Source: an uncultured Nitrososphaerales archaeon | Lineage (GTDB): Archaea; Thermoproteota; Nitrososphaeria; Nitrososphaerales; Nitrososphaeraceae | Assembly: GCA_963709405.1 (NCBI GenBank) | Contig: CAVPXM010000063.1 | Span: 96,001 to 160,000 of the forward strand | Direction: 5' to 3' | DNA length: 64,000 nucleotides | Shown here: in pieces, positions 21,943-32,089 of the stretch | How positions within the stretch are numbered: position 1 is the stretch's first letter | Layout of the letters: the number at the start of each line of letters is the position of its first letter | Notes under the pieces: model-generated | The model's database searches: none | The model's input: only the letters and a program-made list of their open reading frames with translations | Told to the model about the DNA's origin: nothing | Made by a program: the position numbers and the translations under genes

Positions 21943-22948
21943 ATCTGGCTAATATTCAAGATGAGCTAGAAGCTAATGCATCTACAGTTAGCCAGTTTAT
22001 CCTATCTTCCCTAAAAGGTGAACCGAACGAGTTGTACGAGGCTTCAGCGCACTATATCGTCAGTGGTGGTAAACGTTTGCGTCCTTTTCTAGTAACAAAG
22101 TCTTGTGAAATGTTTGGAGGGACACCAAAAGTTGCATTACCAGCAGCTGCGGCTGTTGAGTTGATTCACAATTTTTCTCTGGTACACGATGACATAATGG
22201 ATAATGATGACGTGCGGCATGGGGTCCCAACGGTACATAAATCCTATGGTACCGCGCTTGCGATATTAGCCGGAGACATACTCTTTTCCAAAGCCTTCCA
22301 ACTCATCTCTGTAGATGGGAAGAAGGCTGGGATTGATGACAGAGCCATAGCGACTATGATTGCCAAGCTAGCAACTGCTTGCATATATGTTTGTGAAGGT
22401 CAGGCAATAGACATAGGGCTTGCCTCCAATCAAAGGTCTTTTCCAGAACCAACATACTTAAACATGATAACTAAGAAGACAGCTCGCTCTATTCGATCTT
22501 TCATGCACGCTCGGTGTCCTGTCTGCACCCTTATCCAGTGACTTTGACATCCAAAATTTATCCTCTTTTGGGCTGAATGTTGGAATCGCTTTTCAACTAA
22601 TTGATGACTTGTTAGGCGTAACCGGAGATCCAAAAATCACTGGCAAGTCAGTAGGTAATGATTTGCGAGAAGGCAAAAAGACATTCCCTATTCAACTAGC
22701 GCTTAACAGTACGGAGGGGGAAAAAAGGCGTAAGATTCTACGCGTACTTGGAACCAAAAAAACCACAAACTACGAAATAAGTGAGGCGGTAGAATCAATC
22801 TGTTCGTCTGGGATTGACTTTCACATTAGAAACATAGCTGAGATCTCATATTGAAGCCGCTCTTCGCTCAATTGATGGCTACACAAACTCTGCATCTAAA
22901 AGAGCATTGCAGCTGTCCGCAAATTTCGTAGTGGAAAGGAGTCTGTAA
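21939..22948 (+). CDS. idsA: Geranylgeranyl diphosphate synthase, split by two 1-bp insertions (about 22485 and 22843)
   Basis: GGKRLRP, LVHDDIMD, GQAID, repaired KTAALF, FQLIDD, GNDLREGKKT; repaired C-terminus ends NFVVERSL-stop at 22948. Confidence 0.9.
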
Positions 22949-22955
22949 TTCATTA

Positions 22956-24686
22956 TTGTCTCTAGATAGTTCAGTCGAACGAGTAATCAAAATACTGACT
23001 TTAAGAAATGCATTAGAATACGACGGGAAAGCCAAGCTTGAAGCCGTCATTTCTAAAACGATGGCGTCTAGGCCTGATCTACGCAGTAATATTAGGAGCA
23101 TAATTCCAGAGGTCATGCGCTTGTTAAACCAGATCAACTCACTTGGTCTAAATGAGCAAAAGGCTCTTCTTGAGCAAATGTCCCCAACCGATGATGGTAA
23201 GAAACACACTGAAAAGGCCTCTTCAAGTCTTCCGCCATTATACGGCGCTGAAATGGGAAAGGTGGTCACACGATTTCCTCCAGAACCCAATGGCTATCCT
23301 CATATCGGACACGCCAAAGCAGCGATAATCGACGACGAATATGCTAGAATGTACAATGGGAAATTCATATTGCGTTTTGACGATACAAACCCATTAGCAG
23401 AGAAGACTGAGTATTACGAAGCGATAAAGGAGGGCATAGAGTGGTTGGGGATTAGACCAGACATAATAAAAAATGCTTCCGATGACATATATATTTTACA
23501 AGACTACGGAAAAAAACTAGCCACGAACCGCGGCGCGTATGTGTGCCGCTGCGACCAAAAAACCGTCCAAGAGCTTAGAGCAAAGGGTCTAGAGTGCGTA
23601 TGTAGGAGTGAGGTCGATGACTTCGACAAAGTGTTGACAGAAATGTTTAATGGATCCTATGAACCAAATGAGGCGACAATTAGATTTAAGGGAGATATGG
23701 GCAGCCCCAATACAGTAATGAGAGACCCAACATTATTTCGAATTATTGAGGGGAATCATCCACTTTTGGGCACTAGTATACGTGTATATCCGACGTACGA
23801 TTTTGCTGCTCCAGTGGAGGATAGTCTTGATGGTGTGACTCATGCAATGAGAACTAAAGAGTATGAGCTACGAAATGAATTGTATAATGCAATTCTGGAT
23901 AGGCTTCATCTTCGAAAGCCTTTTGTTTCAGAATTTTCTAGATTAGAGTTTGAGGGTTTGCCGGTTTCTAAACGCAAGATAAAGCCATTGATAGAAAATA
24001 ATTCGTTGACTGGCTGGGATGATCCTCGTTTGCCAACCTTAATAGCTCTTAAAAGGAGGGGTTTCCTTCCGGAGGCAATTAGAAGGTACGTTTTGTCTCT
24101 TGGTTGGACGTTGTCTGAATCAAAACCCCCATTCGAAAGTTTAGAAGCTTTCAACAGGAAGATTATAGACGATGTATCTATGAGATTATTCTTTGTTCGC
24201 GATCCGATAGAACTGAAAATAAGAAATGCACGTCCTGTGAATGTCGCTCTCAAAAATCACCCATCAGCAAGGATGGGATCAAGAACAGTAAATGTCACTG
24301 ACAGCCTCTATATAGCTAGTGAGGATGCCAACAAATTATCAGTGGGTAGCATTATTAGACTGATGGAGTTATATAACGTAAAAATAACGGATATTCAACA
24401 TGCCGCTGGTAAGGCTCATCTGGATGCAAATGTGATTGGTACCGATTTGACTCATGAGATTCAGAAGATCCAGTGGATCGCGTCGGGCGACAAAATACCA
24501 TATAGCATCATTATTCCCAAGAAACTATTTTCGAACGAAGAGTTTGATCGAAATAGTCTACAAATAGCACGCGGATATGCTGAATCGTTCGTTTCCACCC
24601 TTCCATTGCATACAAGCGTTCAATTCGTGAGATATGGATTTTGTAGATTAGATGGTGATCAACAGGCTATTTTTACACATAGGTAG
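22956..24686 (+). CDS. gltX: Glutamate-tRNA ligase
   Basis: RFPPEPNGYPHIGH, RFDDTNP, YPTYDF, SKRK, GWDDPRLPT. Confidence 0.95.
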   Translation: MSLDSSVERVIKILTLRNALEYDGKAKLEAVISKTMASRPDLRSNIRSIIPEVMRLLNQINSLGLNEQKALLEQMSPTDDGKKHTEKASSSLPPLYGAEMGKVVTRFPPEPNGYPHIGHAKAAIIDDEYARMYNGKFILRFDDTNPLAEKTEYYEAIKEGIEWLGIRPDIIKNASDDIYILQDYGKKLATNRGAYVCRCDQKTVQELRAKGLECVCRSEVDDFDKVLTEMFNGSYEPNEATIRFKGDMGSPNTVMRDPTLFRIIEGNHPLLGTSIRVYPTYDFAAPVEDSLDGVTHAMRTKEYELRNELYNAILDRLHLRKPFVSEFSRLEFEGLPVSKRKIKPLIENNSLTGWDDPRLPTLIALKRRGFLPEAIRRYVLSLGWTLSESKPPFESLEAFNRKIIDDVSMRLFFVRDPIELKIRNARPVNVALKNHPSARMGSRTVNVTDSLYIASEDANKLSVGSIIRLMELYNVKITDIQHAAGKAHLDANVIGTDLTHEIQKIQWIASGDKIPYSIIIPKKLFSNEEFDRNSLQIARGYAESFVSTLPLHTSVQFVRYGFCRLDGDQQAIFTHR

Positions 24687-24696
24687 AAAGTAATTC

Positions 24697-25566
24697 ATGA
24701 AGATTGCTAGATTACATGATAAAATATATGGAGATAGCTATGGCTTAGTTTCAAGTGACGGGCAAAGGATAGCGACTAGAGCAGATATTCAAGAGCAGAC
24801 AGGTATTCCTATCCCACCTAGCGTAAAAGAATTTATGTTTAAGGGCTGGATCGAAGAACTTAATGTGTACAAGTATGAACTGGAGTATAATCAATATGTT
24901 AAAGACATTGAACTGCTAGCTCCGTTACCAAATCCTCCAAAAATCGTCTGTCTAGCATTTAATTATTATGACCACGCAAGAGACGCTGGGCTCACTCCAT
25001 CTGACGAGCCCGTAATCTTCATAAAGCCAAGAACTGCACTGAATTCACCTTTCAATGATATAATTTGTCCGAGATTTGTTAAGCGGCTCGACTACGAAGC
25101 AGAAATTGCTGCTATAATTGGAAAGGATATTAAGAAAGTATCTGAAGATAACTCTTTGGATTCAGTATTTGGATACATGATCCTGCACGACGTTTCAGCA
25201 AGGGACATTCAATTTAAGGATAAGCAATTCACTCGAGGGAAAAGCATCGATACTTTCGCCCCATGTGGACCATGGATCACAACAAGGGATGAAGTGGATG
25301 ATCCTCAGAATCTAAGAATTATAACTAAGGTGAATGGAGAGACAAGACAGGACTCTTCTAGCGGTAATATGGTACTTCCCATAAAGAGGATTATCTCAAG
25401 TCTGAGTTCTGTTATGACCATTGAAGCTGGGGATATAATTTCAACTGGCACCCCTGCTGGCGTCGCAATGTCTATGAAAGAACCAAAATACTTGAAGGAT
25501 GGCGATGTCGTAGAAATCGCCATTGAGAAGCTAGGGATGATTAGAAATCGTGTTGTATTTGCCTGA
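24697..25566 (+). CDS. Fumarylacetoacetate hydrolase family protein
   Basis: DYEAE, HDVSARDIQ, GKSIDTFAPCGP, GDIISTGTPAGV. Confidence 0.9.
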   Translation: MKIARLHDKIYGDSYGLVSSDGQRIATRADIQEQTGIPIPPSVKEFMFKGWIEELNVYKYELEYNQYVKDIELLAPLPNPPKIVCLAFNYYDHARDAGLTPSDEPVIFIKPRTALNSPFNDIICPRFVKRLDYEAEIAAIIGKDIKKVSEDNSLDSVFGYMILHDVSARDIQFKDKQFTRGKSIDTFAPCGPWITTRDEVDDPQNLRIITKVNGETRQDSSSGNMVLPIKRIISSLSSVMTIEAGDIISTGTPAGVAMSMKEPKYLKDGDVVEIAIEKLGMIRNRVVFA

Positions 25567-26202
25567 CCAAAATTCTCGGTTATCAGGCTTTGCAATATTA
25601 TTTCAATCTTAAGGCGAAATGCATCATAACTAGCTGATTCTTATGCAATATGTGTCATACTTAAAATGAACTTTTTGGTTATTAACCATAAACTACCTCA
25701 GTTAACATCATAATTCACTCGATTCAGGTACCTTTTACATTTATCCTATTTCAAGTAAATAATCTGAGCCCTTTAATCCTAATGTAAAGATGTCGCAAAC
25801 CTATACTCATACTTTTTTATTTAAATGGCCTATGAACTGGGCAAGGCATTAGCGGAATGATCGAATTAGCCAATTAGCTTCAATTCGTCGTGGATATTTG
25901 TGGAAATGGGAGCCACTCTGAGTAACTCAAATCTTTGAAAGGGGTAGACCTGCGTAATAACGATGTCTTTAAAGCAGATACTTGAGATGATTGGAGACCT
26001 GCGTGGATTAGAACATAGATCTCCGAAGATTTTTTTCGAAGATATCTCATTTAACAGATCATGTTAACCAAAATGAATACCTTTTAAAATTTGATAATGG
26101 ACAATCCTGCTGAGACACAAGTAATAGATCGTTGCATTAACGAATTCTCCAATGAACTCTTGCCACAGTTTAAGTATGGCAAAATAAATCTGTCTGGTAC
26201 TC

Positions 26203-26784
26203 GTGTTTAGCAAGTCATCCTGCACAATACTAGTCGTTGACAATCTTTCACCATTCACAAAAGATATATTAAATTGCCTGAATTTACTCAAAGTAAAGCA
26301 TTTATGTAAAAAGTTTTATGAATTGCAGGGGCTAACTCAAAACGAAGAGGGACAGTACGATAAGGTCATCTTGTCCGGTAGACAAGTGAACTGTAAAATG
26401 AGCAATGCTGTGAATTCCTCACTTTTAAAAAAGTGTATAAATAACAACATCCCCACGCTAGGTATTTGTTTTGGGGGGCAAATAATCGCCCTAACATTTG
26501 GAGGATCCATAAAAAGAATGGATCATCCTATTCGCCAAATAGTACCAATAGATATTTTAAAAACTAGCCCCATTGTGCCATGCGAGAGAAGCATTGATGT
26601 GTTTGAGAGCCATGGCTATAATATTGCCAAACTACCAAAGGATTTTGTTTGTATAGGGTCATCAATATTATGTCAGAATGAGATTATAGCTCATAGATCA
26701 AAAATGATCTTTGGAGTACAATTCCATCCGGAAAGAAGTGGAAGAGATGGCTTAAGGTTAATAAAAAACTTTGTTGAGATGTAG
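26203..26784 (+). CDS. Stand-alone class I glutamine amidotransferase (GMP synthase subunit A-like)
   Basis: ILSG, PTLGICFGGQ, SH, GVQFHPE. Confidence 0.82.
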   Translation: MFSKSSCTILVVDNLSPFTKDILNCLNLLKVKHLCKKFYELQGLTQNEEGQYDKVILSGRQVNCKMSNAVNSSLLKKCINNNIPTLGICFGGQIIALTFGGSIKRMDHPIRQIVPIDILKTSPIVPCERSIDVFESHGYNIAKLPKDFVCIGSSILCQNEIIAHRSKMIFGVQFHPERSGRDGLRLIKNFVEM

Positions 26785-26832
26785 AGGATAGACAGCAATG
26801 ATATTTATTTGCTTATCTAACCAATTGTAATT

Positions 26833-27792
26833 ATGCATTCTCAAACTGAAGATCAAATGATTCACTTGCCGCTTGTAGGAAAGGAAACCGAACACGTGTG
26901 CCTTCCATTGGTGGTAAATGTCATTTCTAAATATTGGGGTGAAGAAATTAATCCAGATGAAGCCGATATTAGAGCAAAAAAGTATGAGGGTGTAAGAGGC
27001 ACGATGATGATAGAAGGAATTGAATTGGCTGAAAATCACGGCTTAATTTCATATATTTACAAGGGTTCGCTGAAGGATCTGAAAAAAAGAATAGATCAGG
27101 GTATCCCATCAATCGTGATAATGCCTGGTATACAGGAAACGATTCAGCATGCTTCGATAGTATGTGGTTATAGTAAGGATGAAAGGAGAATCTTTACTTA
27201 TGTTCCAGAACCTGATACAATCGGAGCCATTCCAGAAACTTTGTTCGAAAGCGATTGGGAACAAGAAGACATGACTACAATAGTCATTGTTCCTAAAGAT
27301 ATAGGAGAAATTCTCGAGAAGGAGAATTTAAAGTTCCGAAATTCAAATAGAGTATGTTTCGAAGTAGAGAAGTTAAAATATCAGCTGTCTATTAATGATG
27401 TGATACAGAAATTAAAATTAGCTCTAAGTAAAGAGAACGACAACCCTCAAGCATGGTATATTCTAGGATCTCTATATAACGAGAGTAATCTTTCGGAATG
27501 TATTAGCTGTTATGAACAAACCATCTCACTTAATGCGAAATACTATCTGGCACACCGAGGACTGGGAAATTATTTTCTAAAAAACAAGGACTTTCTTAAA
27601 GCTGAAGATCATTATACGAAGGCGATAGATATTAGTTCTAAGCGGTATGCTCCTATTTATAAAAATCGTGCGGTAGCTAGGACCGAGATTGGTAAAAACA
27701 AGGAAGCCAAACAAGATTTAACTGAATATCTTACGCAGCTTCCTAATGCTCACGATAGGGCCTCTGTTGAGGAAGCAATAAGGCAGATTTAA
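26833..27792 (+). CDS. Peptidase C39-like domain plus TPR repeats
   Basis: Papain-like pattern CLP..VISKYWG, LKKRIDQGIPSIV, HASIVCGY; TPR-like helices AWYILG..Y, AHRGLGNY, IYKNRAVA. Confidence 0.72.
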   Translation: MHSQTEDQMIHLPLVGKETEHVCLPLVVNVISKYWGEEINPDEADIRAKKYEGVRGTMMIEGIELAENHGLISYIYKGSLKDLKKRIDQGIPSIVIMPGIQETIQHASIVCGYSKDERRIFTYVPEPDTIGAIPETLFESDWEQEDMTTIVIVPKDIGEILEKENLKFRNSNRVCFEVEKLKYQLSINDVIQKLKLALSKENDNPQAWYILGSLYNESNLSECISCYEQTISLNAKYYLAHRGLGNYFLKNKDFLKAEDHYTKAIDISSKRYAPIYKNRAVARTEIGKNKEAKQDLTEYLTQLPNAHDRASVEEAIRQI

Positions 27793-27883
27793 TTCAGAAA
27801 ATCATGAGTCTTGTCTCAATTTTGTGTAGACCAGACAGCATATCTTATCGAAAGATACAAACTGCCACGAAGGTCGTTAAGGT

Positions 27884-29032
27884 ATGAATAGTGACGAAAC
27901 TGTTCTTTTAATCTTTCCGTCATATTGTACTGATATAAGAAGGGCCAAAATCTTACCTGTGGTCAAGAGACGGTTTGAGTTGAGAGATATATCAATACGT
28001 CAAATTACCTATGAGCAATCATGCATTGTTGTTGAAGGCGACAATTTAGTCGACGCAATGTCTTCTATTTCGGAAATTTATGGCATAGATGAAGTTGCAA
28101 TAGCAAATATGGTGAGTAATCAATTCCAAGATATTGTAAATTGCATAGTTAGAGTTGGAAAGCAAATAGTTGTTCCCAATTGCTCATTCTTCATTAAGAT
28201 TCTGGTTGGTATCAATGCGAAGGTGGATTTCGTAAGTAAAGATCTTCAGTTCGTGGCCTCGGGAAATCTTCTGACAGAAGCAGCAAATGACAAACACCCT
28301 TTGAAAATCGCTAGTGAAGAAAAAAGAGCTGATTACCAGATCAAGTGCTATGTCGGTAGGAATTCAAGTTATGTCTTCATTCATTCAGAAATTGGCCTTG
28401 GAGGCCTCCCATTTAACTATCAAGATCGTAAAGTATTGTCAAGTATTCATAATGTGGTATCGGCTGCGTCATGTCTGACGTCGCTGAAATGTGGACTAGT
28501 TCCAGACATCTGTCTCTTGTACCATGATGATCAAGAATTGAAGGAAAATGTTAAGCTCTTGGGCCATATAGCTAATCGCACTAACCTAACGAGACTAAAT
28601 CTAAAGGTTGGGCATATCAACAGTGTGACGAGAGATAGATCAGGCGAGGAATTTTTGGTCAACGAGGCACTAGCGATAACTCTACTTACTTTACTACCAG
28701 GTCGAAATATTGTCTTGCCATTAAACGTATTCATTCACCCTTTTTCATTTATAGAACTGACAACTCAGAAAATGAGACAAGTGAACAAAGTCATTTTAAC
28801 ACCACTTCTATTTCTCACAGGAGAGCTTTTCGACATCATTAAGACTCTCGGCACAGGGGATAGGTTAACCACCATAGACAAATTAAATCTGAATGTCACC
28901 GCTGACAGACAGCAGTCTAGAAAATGCTATGACAAAGTAGACAAATTGTCACAATCATTGCTTGACAACCTGAAGACTATCTCAGTTAAGATAGGACCTA
29001 ATTATATTCACGATATTATCGATGCCATCTAA
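27884..29032 (+). CDS. ThiI-like THUMP domain protein with degenerate PP-loop
   Basis: YGIDEVA, FFIK and GLGGLP resemble the ThiI N-terminal/THUMP region; SGGxDS is absent. Confidence 0.6.
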   Translation: MNSDETVLLIFPSYCTDIRRAKILPVVKRRFELRDISIRQITYEQSCIVVEGDNLVDAMSSISEIYGIDEVAIANMVSNQFQDIVNCIVRVGKQIVVPNCSFFIKILVGINAKVDFVSKDLQFVASGNLLTEAANDKHPLKIASEEKRADYQIKCYVGRNSSYVFIHSEIGLGGLPFNYQDRKVLSSIHNVVSAASCLTSLKCGLVPDICLLYHDDQELKENVKLLGHIANRTNLTRLNLKVGHINSVTRDRSGEEFLVNEALAITLLTLLPGRNIVLPLNVFIHPFSFIELTTQKMRQVNKVILTPLLFLTGELFDIIKTLGTGDRLTTIDKLNLNVTADRQQSRKCYDKVDKLSQSLLDNLKTISVKIGPNYIHDIIDAI

Positions 29033-30196
29033 ATTACCACTCAGCTTCATCAATTCTGTAGCCTTTCTGTAAACGGAACGATCGGCTAACAAGCGATGGA
29101 CAGTCTCGACAAGATTTTTTGGATTCATTTGATCTGACGGAATCATTGCACCAATGCCTATTTCAGATACTTTTTCAGAATTTCCTATTTGTTCACCATG
29201 ATTCTCTATGGGAATAGTCAGCATGGGCTTACCAAACTGAATAGCTTGAGAGATTACCGCGTGACCACCTCTAATCACCAGTAAATTACTGACAGCGAAA
29301 ATCTCATCCCGCACCGGACACCATTCATAATACCATCCGTTCGCTGCCATCCTCCTCGGTTCAGGTTCACCATTTGGGTTCCCACCAGAGACGATATACT
29401 GTATGTCTGGTCCGAGTGACTTGCAAGCTATAAGGATATCCTGTAAAATTCGTGACCTTGTACGCTTAGGCCCACTTAAGTGGAAAAATACTATCGGTCG
29501 GGATCGATTCAGTCCTAAACAATGACACACCTTCTCAAGGCGCTCGTTGGTGATCACGGGTTTTGGAGAAGTGAAGCCAACATAACAAAGCCTACTGGCA
29601 ACTGTGCTAGTATCCCAGACGTTCCGTTCGGCTATTGTGTACGGTGGAGGCAAATCCGGAATTAGAATTTTATCCGCCAATCTCCACAACATGCCTAGGA
29701 ACTCACCATTCATTTTTTCATATAGTCTAGCCATCTTGAATGCCCTTAGTCTAGGCGAAAGTAACAGTTTCACCTGGTTGAGAACCACTACAGAGGGTAT
29801 TCCGAGAATCTTAGCAATTAATAGTGGAGACAGTCTCGTGTCTGAGACTATTATATCCGGAGAGTATGATACGATGTATCTCATTTCTGCATTTAGCTGA
29901 CGAGCAAAATTAGCAAACAGCCGAGGTATGCTTGCGATACTTCCTTTTATCGAAAAGCTCCCCTCTGAGCTCCATACTAATTCCACAGGAGGAACTTGCA
30001 TGCAATCATAACCGTGCATGAGGAGGTAGTTCACTGCCTCTCCAAAGGAGGAAAATCTTACTCCTGCTCCAGACTTTCGGAATTGCTCCGCCACCGCCAA
30101 AAGTCGACTTGCATGGCCGAGTCCTACACCGTACGGAGCAAAGTATATTCTCGCCAAACTAAGTAGCTGGTGAGGAAACCCATTCATATATTTCAT
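28982..30196 (-). CDS. GT-B glycosyltransferase (GT28/MurG-like)
   Basis: GVGLGHASR, PDIIVSD, RGGHAVISQAIQFGKP...P..HGEQ..N. Confidence 0.82.
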   Translation of the reverse strand: MKYMNGFPHQLLSLARIYFAPYGVGLGHASRLLAVAEQFRKSGAGVRFSSFGEAVNYLLMHGYDCMQVPPVELVWSSEGSFSIKGSIASIPRLFANFARQLNAEMRYIVSYSPDIIVSDTRLSPLLIAKILGIPSVVVLNQVKLLLSPRLRAFKMARLYEKMNGEFLGMLWRLADKILIPDLPPPYTIAERNVWDTSTVASRLCYVGFTSPKPVITNERLEKVCHCLGLNRSRPIVFFHLSGPKRTRSRILQDILIACKSLGPDIQYIVSGGNPNGEPEPRRMAANGWYYEWCPVRDEIFAVSNLLVIRGGHAVISQAIQFGKPMLTIPIENHGEQIGNSEKVSEIGIGAMIPSDQMNPKNLVETVHRLLADRSVYRKATELMKLSGNLDGIDNIVNIIRSYLN

Positions 30197-30239
30197 AAGG
30201 CAAGAATAAGTCAGTATTGCTTCTCTGCTTATCTACTAG

Positions 30240-30852
30240 CTACTCGGCAAGACTTACCTTAACAATGCTCCCATTTGGATGGATTTCCCTGAATATAATG
30301 GCTTGAAATTTATATAATTTTGTCCGCGCCACTCGCCAGATCTCCGGCGGAGCTCCAGCTTTATAACAAAGATTAGTCAAGTATTCCTCGACACTCCATT
30401 CGTACTCCAAAGGAACCTGAGGCAAAAACAACCCAGACCCATATTCCCAAGTTAGAATCAATCCATCTGTCCCTATCATAATGTTATTTAGATATTCATC
30501 CGGTCTGTTCACGTTTATTTCTGATGGATTAGTCAATACACTGACTTCAAAAATAACACTCGACAGTTCGCTCATTGTTATCGATTTAAATCTAGGGTCA
30601 TGTATGGCAGGCAGCGATTGAGGCCTCCTTGATTGTAGAACATAAGTCTTTATCAGCATACGGGAATCCAATACATCCACGTAGCTCTAACTGCCCACGA
30701 ATACTCCAACTAAAAAGACTCACAAAGGCTCCAGCCTTGACGCTAAGGTCAATCAAACTGCAGTCAAACTTTTTCTTGGAAATATAGCTCTCAACCGTCA
30801 ATCGGGCAAGCTTTACTAATTCCTCACCTTCATAATCGGTTAAGATTGACAT
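30240..30852 (-). CDS. AMMECR1 family protein (AmmeMemoRadiSam protein A), split by a 1-bp insertion near 30610
   Basis: GAFVSL, LRGCIG, repaired IAAAIHDPRF, EVSVLT, GLFLPQV, LCYKAG. Confidence 0.88.
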
Positions 30853-30959
30853 GGCTATGTATTATGACGAGATTGAGAACCGATCGAAAGTGTCTTTATT
30901 GATAGTTCAGTTATCATGTTAACACATACTATTGAATGGCAAAACTGATCAACTTGTTG

Positions 30960-31964
30960 CTACTCTGAATTATCATCACTGAATATCAGCTTCATTTCTT
31001 CAAAGCTTAATTTTTCCCCGCTAGACATCTTTTTCACTGCAGCTTCCTTCAATAAATTCCATCTCTCTTGATTTTCTTTGTTTCTCTTATTTCTTTCTTG
31101 AATTGCCTCGTACCTGTCATCGTGTCTGCCGTGACTTCTCTGCCTTCTGTGACGATAGTCTGCAGCATGTGCGCGAGATTTCTTAAATTCTATCGCATTC
31201 AGCTGGGTATCTACCATTTCTAATTTAGCCTCGGCTTCACGAACTTCTCTAATGTTCTTTCTTCTATCTTCATAAAGGCTTTCACGTAAATTTAGCAAAG
31301 CATCCAAATCAGTTTTCAACTTACCAATCTTTTCTCCTAGATCTGCTCTACCATCGAATATTTTGTTCATTGTTGATTTCAGGACGTCGTATTCAGATGA
31401 AATCTGGCGATATTTGTCTTCTTTTTTATAGATTATTTTCATGGTATGCAGTTTGGTTGCTATCTGTTTAGATCTCAAAACTAGCTTGCGTTCCTCGTCC
31501 TTTGAAAGTTTTCTGATTTGTATGTCACGTTCTATTTGATCCAGTGCCCGACTAAGGTGTGCCATATTTAGTCTCTCCTTCCGTGCATTAGGGCCAACAG
31601 TGGATGCTTTATCATCCAGTGACTTCATTTGGTTCCTAGCATCAACCAGGGTGGTTTTAAGTTCGGTAAATTTCGACAGATGCAAATCCTTTTGTTCATT
31701 TATTTCTTTAAGCATAACGCGTAAGTCCTCAAGCTGGATTCTTCCCTCGTCGATCTGCTTCTTTGTGTCCTCTATTTTCTTATTTAATCCTTCGATGTGT
31801 TTTTCTCCACTTTTCTGTTCTTCCAAGAGTGTTTTCTTGAATTCCAATAATGTCTTGAGATTCGAATCTTGATTCTGTGTCGACGAACTATTACTTCGAT
31901 TCTTTTCTGCAGAAGCAGTAGATGGTCCTACCCTTGCCGCACTGCCAATTCCATTACTATACAT
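30960..31964 (-). CDS. Archaeal coiled-coil protein (COG1340-like)
   Basis: Long heptad-like K/E/L-rich sequence ending KKMSSGEKLSFEEMKLIF; start placed at ATG 31964 (uncertain). Confidence 0.65.
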   Translation of the reverse strand: MYSNGIGSAARVGPSTASAEKNRSNSSSTQNQDSNLKTLLEFKKTLLEEQKSGEKHIEGLNKKIEDTKKQIDEGRIQLEDLRVMLKEINEQKDLHLSKFTELKTTLVDARNQMKSLDDKASTVGPNARKERLNMAHLSRALDQIERDIQIRKLSKDEERKLVLRSKQIATKLHTMKIIYKKEDKYRQISSEYDVLKSTMNKIFDGRADLGEKIGKLKTDLDALLNLRESLYEDRRKNIREVREAEAKLEMVDTQLNAIEFKKSRAHAADYRHRRQRSHGRHDDRYEAIQERNKRNKENQERWNLLKEAAVKKMSSGEKLSFEEMKLIFSDDNSE

Positions 31965-32089
31965 CTCGACCCACGTCGCTCGTCTGTTGTTGGATAAACA
32001 AAAATATATTTTTTCTGCTTTGCAACACATGCCCTTGAACAATACTACATATTTATATCATATGATATCGTAGGTATTCAAGATAGCTG

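Noticed and set aside
25895-26010. Cobalamin riboswitch
   Set aside because: Only GCCACT and AGACCTGC fragments match; the core elements and spacing are missing and the downstream gene is not B12-related
28982-29032. 51-bp convergent overlap of the ThiI-like and glycosyltransferase genes as a regulatory device
   Set aside because: Short tail-to-tail overlaps are common in compact archaeal genomes
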